Source: Clostridia bacterium (GTDB lineage: Bacteria; Bacillota; Clostridia; Oscillospirales; CAG-272). Taken from it: DNA of 64,000 nt. The notes below the pieces were generated by a model that did not search any database, was not told the origin of the DNA, and saw only the letters and a program-made list of their open reading frames with translations. Below are positions 1 through 8,351 of this stretch, piece after piece. Every line of letters begins with the position of its first letter. Position 1 is the first letter of the stretch. The stretch spans positions 1,277 through 65,276 of the forward strand of contig JAGALA010000029.1 of NCBI GenBank assembly GCA_017625935.1, in the 5' to 3' direction. The position numbers and the translations under genes were made by a program.

Positions 1-1
1 A

Positions 2-1462
2 ATGAGCATATTCACAATAGGCTCGAATATTTCAATGCAGCCACTCGGCGAGGGCATGGGCGTTTTGATCGGTCATAGCAAAAAGAAATTAATTCCGCTT
101 CTTGTTTGCTTTTCTGTTGGACTCCTTATCACTATTGCGGAGCCCGACCTTACCGTACTTGCCGACCAAATCAACATGAATTTCAAAAACGAATTTCTTA
201 ACAAGTGGCTCCTTGTGCTTTGTGTGGCGCTCGGAGTTGGAATTTTCTTGGCGTTTGCGCTTATAAGAACAAGAAAAAGAATTCCGCTTGCTTATATTTT
301 AGTTCCGCTTTATGCGCTTGCACTCGTGCTTGCCACACTGCCTTACATAACGGGCGGCAAGGTTGGCTCCGTTGAGTTTATTCCGACGGCGTTTGACTCG
401 GGCGGAGTTACAACGGGTCCTATCACGGTTCCGTTTATTATGGCACTTGGTGCGGGTATTGCATCAATGAGAAAGGACAAAAACTCGGTCGAAAACTCCT
501 TCGGTCTTGTTTCGCTCTGCTCCATCGGTCCTATTTTGTCGGTGCTTGTTCTCGGTCTTTTAAGAAAGCCCGACGTAAAAAGCTCACCGTTCAATCCCGA
601 GGATTATATGAATTTCACAACGCGCGATGCGTTCTTGGAATTTTTCAACCCAAGCGTTGCCGCACACGGTATTCTCACGTACGCAAAGGAGGTTGCGCTC
701 GCATTCCTTCCCATTGTTGCGATGTTTATTGTATTCCAGCTTATTTTCAAACGCTTTAACAAGCGCCAGGTTTTAAGAATTTCAGTCGGATTTCTCTATA
801 CATACGTTGGACTCGTTCTTTTTCTAACGGGTGCAAACATCGGCTTTATGCCTGCGGGTCAGCTTATCGGCAAGGTGCTTGGCGGCGGTGGCTTCATAAA
901 ATGGCTGCTTATCCCTATCGGTATGATTCTTGGCTACTTCGTTGTTGCGGCAGAGCCTGCGGTGCATACCCTAAAGAAGCAGGTTGCCGAGGTTACTAAC
1001 GGCGCAATTTCACAAAAATCAATTGGACTTGCGCTCTCTATCGGTGTTGCGGTTTCGGTTGGCATTGCAATGACACGTATTTTAACGGGGCTTCCGATTT
1101 TGCCCGTGCTTATTATCGGTTATATTATTCCGCTCGTTATCACGTTTTTCGTACCGCCGATTTACACAGGTATCGCGTTTGACTCGGGTGGTGTTGCATC
1201 GGGTCCTATGGCAACGACGTTTATTTTGCCGTTTGCGATAGGCGCTTGCTCAGCCATCAACGCAGGAAGCGAAAATCTATCGTCGAAGATTATGACGGAC
1301 GCGTTTGGTATTGTCGCTATGATTGCGATGACACCGCTTATCACAATTCAAGTGCTCGGTCTTATCGGCAAGGTTAAGCAGGATAAGAAGATGTATAAAA
1401 TTCATAAGGAAATCGAGCAAATTGACGACGGCATTTATTACTATGACGAGGAGGTGTGCTAA
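2..1462 (+). CDS. DUF1538-type polytopic membrane protein (N-terminus may be cut by window edge)
   Basis: 486-aa ORF with many hydrophobic segments. It has an internal duplication: FDSGGVTTGPITVPF at about aa 131 and FDSGGVASGPMATTF at about aa 394. Its stop (1460-1462) abuts the ATG of the next ORF. Confidence 0.7.
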   Translation: MSIFTIGSNISMQPLGEGMGVLIGHSKKKLIPLLVCFSVGLLITIAEPDLTVLADQINMNFKNEFLNKWLLVLCVALGVGIFLAFALIRTRKRIPLAYILVPLYALALVLATLPYITGGKVGSVEFIPTAFDSGGVTTGPITVPFIMALGAGIASMRKDKNSVENSFGLVSLCSIGPILSVLVLGLLRKPDVKSSPFNPEDYMNFTTRDAFLEFFNPSVAAHGILTYAKEVALAFLPIVAMFIVFQLIFKRFNKRQVLRISVGFLYTYVGLVLFLTGANIGFMPAGQLIGKVLGGGGFIKWLLIPIGMILGYFVVAAEPAVHTLKKQVAEVTNGAISQKSIGLALSIGVAVSVGIAMTRILTGLPILPVLIIGYIIPLVITFFVPPIYTGIAFDSGGVASGPMATTFILPFAIGACSAINAGSENLSSKIMTDAFGIVAMIAMTPLITIQVLGLIGKVKQDKKMYKIHKEIEQIDDGIYYYDEEVC

Positions 1463-2137
1463 ATGGCTATTGATTCACGCATGGTAATGCTGCTTGCGAT
1501 TATTCGACGCGGCAAGGGCGGAACTTACATTAAGGCACTTCAAGAGGATAACGTAGTTATGCACTTTCAATGCGTCGGCGAGGGTACAGCACCATCTGAA
1601 ATGATGGAATTTCTCGGTCTTGGTAACAGTGAAAAGGATATCGTCATCAGCTTTGCGACGAAAACCACCGCAGACCGTATCGTTGCCGACCTTGGCAAAA
1701 ACGTCGGCAAAACATATGGCTATCAAGGGCTTTTTATGGTTATTCCGACAAGTGCATTCAGCCGTATTTCAGCAGAAATTATAAAGAAAAACAGTAACGA
1801 TTTTGTAAAAGGAGGCGTAGACAATATGCAAAGCGAATTCAAATACAGCTTGGTTTTGATTGCGATTAACCGTGGCTTTACCGATAGCGTTATGCAAACT
1901 GCAAAGAAGGCAGGCGCAACGGGCGGTACAGTTATCAAGGCAAGACACGCCGAGGCAGATATTGTCGAAGCGTTTGCAAACGTAAAGCTCGAGGACGAAA
2001 AGGAAATCGTTGCAATCTTAGCGCCCGAAAACGTAAGAAATGAAATTTTAGAGAGCGTTAATACCGAGTTTGGCTTGAAGAGCGAGGCGCAGGGGGTTGT
2101 GTTGTCTGTGCCGGTTGAAAAAGTCTTCAAGATTTAG
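1463..2137 (+). CDS. P-II (GlnB-like) family protein with two tandem P-II-like halves
   Basis: 224 aa made of two roughly 100-aa beta-alpha-beta halves; the second carries KKAGATGGTVIKARH. It is immediately coupled to the DUF1538 gene, a recurrent gene pairing. Confidence 0.65.
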   Translation: MAIDSRMVMLLAIIRRGKGGTYIKALQEDNVVMHFQCVGEGTAPSEMMEFLGLGNSEKDIVISFATKTTADRIVADLGKNVGKTYGYQGLFMVIPTSAFSRISAEIIKKNSNDFVKGGVDNMQSEFKYSLVLIAINRGFTDSVMQTAKKAGATGGTVIKARHAEADIVEAFANVKLEDEKEIVAILAPENVRNEILESVNTEFGLKSEAQGVVLSVPVEKVFKI

Positions 2138-2222
2138 GTTGAGGGCGCATTAATACACATAGAACAAAAAGCACATATTTTTAGCATTCTAATCATTCAA
2201 CATTTTACAAATCATAATGTAG

Positions 2223-2250
2223 AAAACAGGCACTTGCCTGTTTTCTTTTT
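2223..2250 (+). terminator. Intrinsic terminator after the P-II gene
   Basis: Stem AAAACAGG/CCTGTTTT with loop CACTTG, followed by TTTTCTTTTT. Confidence 0.6.
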
Positions 2251-2445
2251 ATGTGCTTTTTTAATTACGAGTGATGTCTCTGCAGTACAAAGTACAGCGA
2301 CGAGTCACCCCTCGCACTTTCTATGTGCACTACTGTCCCTCAAGGTGAAGATTGTACGTGCCGTTAAATTTGTGTTTACTCACTCGCAATTTTCTTTTCT
2401 CTATCTGTTCGCCAAATTATCATCTTATTTATTTTTAATATTTTG

Positions 2446-2473
2446 AAAATAGGCACTTGCCTGTTTTCTTTTT
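2446..2473 (+). terminator. Second, near-identical copy of the same terminator hairpin
   Basis: AAAATAGGCACTTGCCTGTTTTCTTTTT, one substitution relative to 2223-2250, in direct orientation 223 nt downstream. Confidence 0.5.
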
Positions 2474-2593
2474 GTGGTGCGGCAGCACAATTTATGAAGC
2501 TATGCTTGAGTTTATGCATTTATGCAATTCATTGGTGACAGTGCACATACTGTCGCCAAATTTTGACAAATGGTGATTTTTTCGTTTTTGGTA

Positions 2594-2622
2594 TTGACAT
2601 TTTTGGGACTTGGTGCTATACT
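2594..2622 (+). promoter_or_regulatory. Sigma-A-type promoter of the lexA-like cassette
   Basis: TTGACA (2594-2599), a 17-nt spacer, then TATACT (2617-2622). It sits 96 nt upstream of the ATG at 2718. Confidence 0.5.
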
Positions 2623-2626
2623 TAAT

Positions 2627-2641
2627 GGGACGAAGTGTCCC
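2627..2641. promoter_or_regulatory. Candidate operator: perfect palindrome GGGAC-N5-GTCCC
   Basis: GGGACGAAGTGTCCC lies directly downstream of the -10 element. Extra half-sites are GGGAC at 2605-2609 (in the spacer) and GTCCC at 2681-2685. Confidence 0.4.
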
Positions 2642-2717
2642 GAAATGTGACGGTTTTTGTACCATTGGTTGTGCAAAAGTGTCCCATTTTGAAAAATTTA
2701 CTTTTAAGGAGTATATT

Positions 2718-3317
2718 ATGAGAAACGTTAGTGCAGACACAATTATTGCTATTAAGAGATGTGTGGAGAATTATTTTGACGATTTTACGCGCTCGCCGTC
2801 ATTGCGCGAGATTTCCGCGCTTACGGGAATTAGCAAAAGCACGGTTCAAAGATACATAGAAATTATGGAGCGCGTTGGAATTATCACGCGCACCGAGGAC
2901 GGAATTGAAACGCCTTATATTTCAAAGACCGAGAGAAACATGGTGACGGTTGCCAAGCTCGGCCGTATTCCCTGCGGACCGCTTGACGAGAAGGAGGAAT
3001 ACATTGAGGGCTACGTAAAGCTGCCCGAGTCCTTTGTTGGCAAGGGTAAGTTCTTTATTCTTACCGCCTCGGGCGACTCTATGATTGAGGCAGGAATTGA
3101 CGACGGCGATATGATTATTATCAAGCAGCAAAACGCGGCGCACTATGGCGACATTGTTGTTGCATTGGCTGACGGACAAAGCACGCTTAAGCGCTATATG
3201 CCTGACCCGTCCATAAAAAAAATCCGTCTTCATCCCGAAAACTCCTCAATGGAGGATATAATCGTTGACAGGTGCGAAATTCAAGGCGTGGCGGTCAAGG
3301 TTATAAAATCTCTGTAA
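2718..3317 (+). CDS. lexA: LexA-type repressor (winged HTH plus S24 self-cleaving peptidase)
   Basis: N-terminal SLREISALTGISKSTVQRYIEIMERVGIITR. Cleavage-site-like RIPCGPL, Ser motif SGDSM and Lys motif TLKRY are present. I chose the internal ATG at 2718, preceded by AAGGAG, over the ORF-track start at 2610. Confidence 0.8.
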   Translation: MRNVSADTIIAIKRCVENYFDDFTRSPSLREISALTGISKSTVQRYIEIMERVGIITRTEDGIETPYISKTERNMVTVAKLGRIPCGPLDEKEEYIEGYVKLPESFVGKGKFFILTASGDSMIEAGIDDGDMIIIKQQNAAHYGDIVVALADGQSTLKRYMPDPSIKKIRLHPENSSMEDIIVDRCEIQGVAVKVIKSL

Positions 3318-3571
3318 TGGCAAAATTCACACGCACGCCGCTTTCTGTCGGAGTTATTTACCGCCAGGACGGCAAAATTTTGCCTGTTGTGATAATTTAC
3401 GGAGAGAAAAAGTTCCCGATTGACAAAATTCTTGACTCGAAAAAGCGCGCACCGCGCACAGTTGGCTCAATCTCGCCGATAGAATTTACCGTTTTGGTTG
3501 CGGGCGAGACGAAACAAATTTATTTTGAGGAGGATACAGGCAAGTGGTTTGCCGTTAAGGAAGCGAGGTAA
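3317..3571 (+). CDS. 84-aa protein of unknown function, coupled between lexA and the Y-family polymerase (possibly YolD-like, not verified)
   Basis: Its ATG overlaps the lexA stop (TAATG at 3315-3319), and it ends 2 nt before the polymerase GTG. No motif recognised. Confidence 0.55.
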   Translation: MAKFTRTPLSVGVIYRQDGKILPVVIIYGEKKFPIDKILDSKKRAPRTVGSISPIEFTVLVAGETKQIYFEEDTGKWFAVKEAR

Positions 3572-3573
3572 AC

Positions 3574-4806
3574 GTGAAGGACAGAGTTATTTTGCATAGT
3601 GACGCAAACTGCTTTTATGCATCGTGCGAAATGGTTATGAATCCTTCCCTGCGTGGCAAAGCCGTTGCGGTTGGAGGGCACGAGGAGGACCGCCACGGCA
3701 TTATTCTTGCTAAAAGCGAGCTTGCAAAAATAGCAGGGGTAAAGACGGGAATGCCGCTTTGGGAGGCAAGAAATCTCTGCCCGAATATAATTATCGTGCC
3801 GCCTCATTTTGAATGCTACTCTAAATTTTCAAAGCTACTGCACAAAATTTACGAGCGATATACCGACTATATTGAGCCGTTCGGACTTGACGAGTGCTGG
3901 CTTGACGTAACCGCTTGCGGTGTTGACGGCTACGTAATTGCCGAGGAGATACGAAACGCGGTGAAAAACGAGCTGGGGCTGACGGTGAGCATCGGTGTTT
4001 CCTTTAACAAGGTTTTTGCAAAGCTCGGCTCTGACCTGAAAAAGCCCGATGCGGTAACGGTTATTACGCGCGAGAATTTTAAGGAAAAGATTTGGAGCTT
4101 GCCCGTCTCGGAGCTGCTATACTGCGGCAGGCAAACGAGCAAGGCACTTGCAAGCTGCGGTATTCCTACAATTGGCACGCTTGCGCGCGCACAAAAAGAA
4201 ATGATTGTAAGGCATCTTGGCAAAAACGGTGAGGCACTTTGGCTTTATGCAAATGGGCTTGACACCTCGCGCGTGGCACACAAGGATGACTACACACCGC
4301 CAAAGTCCGTAGGACACGGCATCACGTGTCGCGAAAATCTTGAAAATATGGACGAGGCAAGCAAGGTTATTGTTTCTCTCTCACTCGATATTGGCTACAA
4401 GCTACGCAAGGAAAAGCTTTGGGCAGGCGGCGTTTCGCTTGTTATAAAGGATGAGCATTTTATGCATAACTCCTACCAGGTTAAGCTCGATTTTCCAACA
4501 CAGGATGAAAGAAAAATTGCAAAGGAAGCAATTGCGCTATTAAATAAGAACTTTGATTGGCGCACAAAAATAAGAGCCATTACCGTCACCGCCATTTCAA
4601 TTGAACAGGACGGTGCGCCTGTGCAACAGGATATGTTTTTTGACCACGAAAAGGAAGATAAAAGCAAGCGCCTCGGGTCTGTTATAAACGATATTAAGGA
4701 TACGTACGGTAAAGGCTCGATTTTGCCCGCCACCGTGCTTGATGAAAAGAAAATGCCGAAGAACCGACAAGAGGACACGGTGCTCCCGGGTATGATGCAC
4801 AAGTAG
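3574..4806 (+). CDS. Y-family DNA polymerase (UmuC/DinB-like translesion polymerase)
   Basis: N-terminal ILHSDANCFYASCE motif, then FGLDECWLDVT and SIGVSFNKVFAKLGSDLKKPD, over 410 aa. GTG start. Confidence 0.9.
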   Translation: MKDRVILHSDANCFYASCEMVMNPSLRGKAVAVGGHEEDRHGIILAKSELAKIAGVKTGMPLWEARNLCPNIIIVPPHFECYSKFSKLLHKIYERYTDYIEPFGLDECWLDVTACGVDGYVIAEEIRNAVKNELGLTVSIGVSFNKVFAKLGSDLKKPDAVTVITRENFKEKIWSLPVSELLYCGRQTSKALASCGIPTIGTLARAQKEMIVRHLGKNGEALWLYANGLDTSRVAHKDDYTPPKSVGHGITCRENLENMDEASKVIVSLSLDIGYKLRKEKLWAGGVSLVIKDEHFMHNSYQVKLDFPTQDERKIAKEAIALLNKNFDWRTKIRAITVTAISIEQDGAPVQQDMFFDHEKEDKSKRLGSVINDIKDTYGKGSILPATVLDEKKMPKNRQEDTVLPGMMHK

Positions 4807-4900
4807 CATTTATGCGTCAATTTGGAGCAATTTTGCTAAATTTCGGCGAGGGAGTGTCTGATTTTATCACTTTTCGCACTATTTTAATTTTGAGGTACTT

Positions 4901-5578
4901 ATGGAAATAAAGGAAATTGGCTACCTGAAAACAGCGTTTCCAACAAAGTTTGGTGCGCCGAGGCAAAGCGGAGTTGCAAAAACCTCTCCTGCTACGCTTA
5001 TTTTTAACGAGGAATACCGCGTGCCCGAAGCTTTATGTGGGCTTGAGGGCTACTCTCACGTTTGGGTGATATGGGGCTTTTCAGAATCAAAGCAAGAAAA
5101 ATTTTCGCCAACCGTGCGTCCGCCGCGCTTGGGAGGAAACACGCGCGTTGGTGTTTTTGCATCTCGCTCTCCATTCAGACCAAACTCACTTGGGTTATCG
5201 GTTTTGAAGCTTGAAAAAATAGAAAAAGACCCGAAATACGGACACGTGCTCCGCCTTTCGGGTGCTGATATGATGGATGGGACTCCTGTTTACGATATAA
5301 AGCCGTATCTTCCCTTTGCGGACTCTGTACCAGAGGCAAGCGGTGGCTTTACAGACACGCTTGAGGACTTTTTGCTTGAGGTAAGTGTGCCGAGTGAGGT
5401 CAAAGAAAAGCTATCAAGTGAACTTTACGATTGCTTAATTGACGTGCTTAAAAACGACCCTCGCCCCTCTTATATAGACACTCCCTCGCGTGTTTTTGGA
5501 TTTTTATTCGACAAATACGAGGTGAAATTCACCGTTGATGGCAAAAATCTAACCGTTTTGTCGGTTGATGAGGTTTGA
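4901..5578 (+). CDS. trmO: tRNA m6t6A37 methyltransferase TrmO (YaeB/TsaA family)
   Basis: FGAPRQSG, HVWVIWGF, RPPRLGG...GVFASRSPFRPN and DGTPVYDIKPY motifs. Confidence 0.85.
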   Translation: MEIKEIGYLKTAFPTKFGAPRQSGVAKTSPATLIFNEEYRVPEALCGLEGYSHVWVIWGFSESKQEKFSPTVRPPRLGGNTRVGVFASRSPFRPNSLGLSVLKLEKIEKDPKYGHVLRLSGADMMDGTPVYDIKPYLPFADSVPEASGGFTDTLEDFLLEVSVPSEVKEKLSSELYDCLIDVLKNDPRPSYIDTPSRVFGFLFDKYEVKFTVDGKNLTVLSVDEV

Positions 5579-5617
5579 TTTTGGTGAGTGATGTCCCCTG
5601 CGAAAAAATATTAAAAA

Positions 5618-5652
5618 GCCGTGCTTCGTTTGAAGCACGGCTCGTTTATTTT
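5618..5652. terminator. Bidirectional terminator between trmO and the opp cluster end
   Basis: Stem GCCGTGCTTC, loop GTTT, stem GAAGCACGGC, with A-run and T-run flanks. Confidence 0.7.
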
Positions 5653-5671
5653 TAGGTTTCAACAAAATGAA

Positions 5672-5929
5672 TTATTGTGAAAAGCCACCGAGGAAAACGT
5701 AGGCGAGGAAGAAAACGACGGTTAAAACGCCCAAGGTAATAAACATTGGAACAAGCATGCTTTTTACAGCTGACCAATATGTTTTCCATTTATCCTTAAA
5801 GGTGCTCGGTGGGCGGACGAAGCCGTCCTTATCCCTTCTGCCGTTTGAAAACGCAGACATATCGGCAATGGTTCTGCCATCGTCAATATATTTTACCTTT
5901 TCTTTTTTCTTTTTCTTCTTATCGCTCAT
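5672..5929 (-). CDS. Small membrane protein with poly-Lys N-terminus and one C-terminal TM; last gene of the opp cluster
   Basis: 85 aa starting MSDKKKKKKEK, with C-terminal LVPMFITLGVLTVVFFLAYVFLGG. It lies 35 nt downstream of oppF on the same strand. Confidence 0.55.
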   Translation of the reverse strand: MSDKKKKKKEKVKYIDDGRTIADMSAFSNGRRDKDGFVRPPSTFKDKWKTYWSAVKSMLVPMFITLGVLTVVFFLAYVFLGGFSQ

Positions 5930-5963
5930 TTTTTCTCTCTTCCTTGGTTGATTTTGTGTGTAA

Positions 5964-7112
5964 TCAAGCCTCGTTATCTAATAAGTGGCAGGCTGCAAAG
6001 TGACCGGGCTCGTGCTCCTTATACTCGGGAACGACGTGCTTGCAAATTTCCTTTGCGTATGGGCAACGCGTGTGGAAACGGCAGCCCTTTGGTGGGTTTG
6101 CAGGTGACGGAATGTCGCCTGTCAGTACAATGCGCTTCATCTTTACATCGGGATTTGGATTAGGAATTGCCGAGAAAAGCGCCTTTGTGTATGGGTGTAA
6201 GGGATTTCCGAAGATATCCTCTTTTTTACCGAACTCCATCATCGCACCGAGGTACATAACGCCGATTTTGTCGGAAATGTACTTAACAACCGAGAGGTCG
6301 TGCGAGATAAAGAGGTATGTAAGTCCCATTTTTTGTTGCAGGTCCTTAAGCAGGTTGATAATTTGCGCTTGAATTGATACGTCAAGTGCGGAAACCGGCT
6401 CGTCGCATACAACAAGCTTAGGGTTTACGGAAAGTGCTCTTGCAATACAAATTCTTTGGCGCTGTCCGCCCGAGAACTCGTGTGGGTATCTTTCATAATA
6501 ATAATCACGAAGACCGCACTTATCCATAAGCTCAAGCACATATTCCTTTTCCTGTGACTTTGGCACAATCTTGTGAACCTGAACAGGCTCGGAGAGAATG
6601 CCGCCAACGGTGCTTCTTGGTGGAAGCGAGGAATATGGGTCTTGGAAAATTATCTGCATATCGCGGCGTATTTGACGCATTTGTGACGGCTTATAGTTAG
6701 TGATGTCCTTGCCGTCAAATATAATTTGACCGCCGTTTGATGGGTGAAGCTTCAAAATTGTTCTACCCATTGTGGTTTTACCGCAACCACTCTCACCAAC
6801 TATACCGAGTGTTTCACCCTTTTTAAGAGTGAAGGAAATATCGTCAACGGCAACAAGCTCGGAGAGCACCTTGCCTGTGAGTGACTTTTTAAGAGGGAAT
6901 GCTTTTCTTAGGTGTCTTACCTCAAGGAGCGCATCGGGGTCAAATGGCTTATTCTTATCTGCCTCGATAGCTGCTTGCTTTTTCTCTTGATATTTCTTTG
7001 CTTCAAGCTCGTCATCGTATTGTGGCTCGGCAGTATCTACTGCTTCCACACTTGATATTTCCTCGGAGGGTGCTACTTCTTCATTAGATATTTCTAACTT
7101 TTCGTCAGCCAT
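5964..7112 (-). CDS. oppF: Oligopeptide ABC transporter ATP-binding protein (OppF-type) with an acidic N-terminal extension of about 60 aa
   Basis: Walker [10 protein letters not shown], signature FSGGQRQR, Walker [12 protein letters not shown], and a C-terminal oligopeptide-type Cys/His tail. Confidence 0.9.
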   Translation of the reverse strand: MADEKLEISNEEVAPSEEISSVEAVDTAEPQYDDELEAKKYQEKKQAAIEADKNKPFDPDALLEVRHLRKAFPLKKSLTGKVLSELVAVDDISFTLKKGETLGIVGESGCGKTTMGRTILKLHPSNGGQIIFDGKDITNYKPSQMRQIRRDMQIIFQDPYSSLPPRSTVGGILSEPVQVHKIVPKSQEKEYVLELMDKCGLRDYYYERYPHEFSGGQRQRICIARALSVNPKLVVCDEPVSALDVSIQAQIINLLKDLQQKMGLTYLFISHDLSVVKYISDKIGVMYLGAMMEFGKKEDIFGNPLHPYTKALFSAIPNPNPDVKMKRIVLTGDIPSPANPPKGCRFHTRCPYAKEICKHVVPEYKEHEPGHFAACHLLDNEA

Positions 7113-8346
7113 TTTCCTTTCCCTCCTTCATATCGTTATATAAGTGACAGGCAACAAAGTGTGTGTCGCTCACCTGTACCATACCCGGGTATTCGCCTGA
7201 GCACTTGCCTATGCACTCGCCGCATCTTTCCTTGAAATAGCAGGTTTTTGGCATATTTATCGGGTTTGGCACGTTGCCCGGAATATTAAAGAGCTTATCC
7301 TCGTTTGAATCAAGCGTTGGCTTTGATTTTTGGAGTCCCTTTGTATATGGGTGCAGCGGATTATGGAAAATCTCCCCAACTGTGCCCTTTTCAATAACCT
7401 TGCCCGCGTACATAACAACCACGTAGTCTGCCATTTCGGCAACTATACCGAGGTCGTGGGTGATGAGCATAATTGAGCCGTCGATTTTTGTTTTAAGGTC
7501 GTTTAGTAGGTCAAGGATTTGCGCTTGAATTGTAACGTCAAGAGCAGTTGTCGGCTCGTCCGCGATAATAAGACGCGGATTGCAAGCAAGTGCCATTGAA
7601 ATCATAACACGCTGACGCATACCTCCCGAAAGCTCGTGCGGATACGCTTTGTAAACGCGCTCGGGCATAGCTATACCAACAAGGTTGAGCATTTCAAGGG
7701 ATTTTGCCTTTGCCTGCTCCTTCGTTGCGTCGGGCACGTGAATAAACGTAACCTCGTCAAGCTGCTGACCTATTGTAAATATAGGGTTGAGCGAGGTCAT
7801 TGGCTCTTGGAAAATCATAGCAATCTGCTTGCCGCGGATTCTGTGAATTTCGTTCATTGGCATTTTTGCAATGTCGTAAACCTTTTCCTCGGTTCTATAT
7901 TCCTTGCCTGTTACGTTGCCGTTTTCGTCCTTAATATCGAACTGAATCGGCTTTCCCTTCTTATTTCTTATATAATCCTTTGAGGTAAAGCGGATCTCGC
8001 CCGAGTAAATTTGTCCTGTCGGACCCTGCAAAAGACGCATAACTGACATACTCGTTACGCTCTTTCCGCATCCGCTTTCACCAACTATACCGACGGTTTT
8101 GTTCTTCGGCACGTCAAAGGAAACGCCGTTAACTGCCTTAACAACACCTTGGTCGGTAAAGAAATAAGTGTTTAAGTCGGAAATTTCGAGGATATTGTCC
8201 TCGCTTCTCATTTCTGTAATAAATTCGCTTTCGTCAGCCTTGCGCTTCTTGTATTTTTCCAAGCGGCGCATTTCCTTGGCGTTAGCCTTTGATATTGCCT
8301 TGATTTCCTTGCCACTAAGGTAAGAATTTGATTTCTTTTCTGCCAT
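7105..8346 (-). CDS. oppD: Oligopeptide ABC transporter ATP-binding protein (OppD-type)
   Basis: GESGCGKSV, LSGGMRQR and IIADEPTTALD motifs. Overlaps oppF by 8 nt. Confidence 0.9.
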   Translation of the reverse strand: MAEKKSNSYLSGKEIKAISKANAKEMRRLEKYKKRKADESEFITEMRSEDNILEISDLNTYFFTDQGVVKAVNGVSFDVPKNKTVGIVGESGCGKSVTSMSVMRLLQGPTGQIYSGEIRFTSKDYIRNKKGKPIQFDIKDENGNVTGKEYRTEEKVYDIAKMPMNEIHRIRGKQIAMIFQEPMTSLNPIFTIGQQLDEVTFIHVPDATKEQAKAKSLEMLNLVGIAMPERVYKAYPHELSGGMRQRVMISMALACNPRLIIADEPTTALDVTIQAQILDLLNDLKTKIDGSIMLITHDLGIVAEMADYVVVMYAGKVIEKGTVGEIFHNPLHPYTKGLQKSKPTLDSNEDKLFNIPGNVPNPINMPKTCYFKERCGECIGKCSGEYPGMVQVSDTHFVACHLYNDMKEGKENG

Positions 8347-8351
8347 TTTTC

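Noticed and set aside
2610-2717. Upstream starts proposed by the ORF track for lexA (2610), nrdD (38196), oppC (9590), the recombinase (56985), the FDP gene (47792) and others.
   Set aside because: In each case an internal ATG with a good Shine-Dalgarno sequence gives a protein whose N-terminus matches the family. The extended versions overlap promoters or neighbouring genes.
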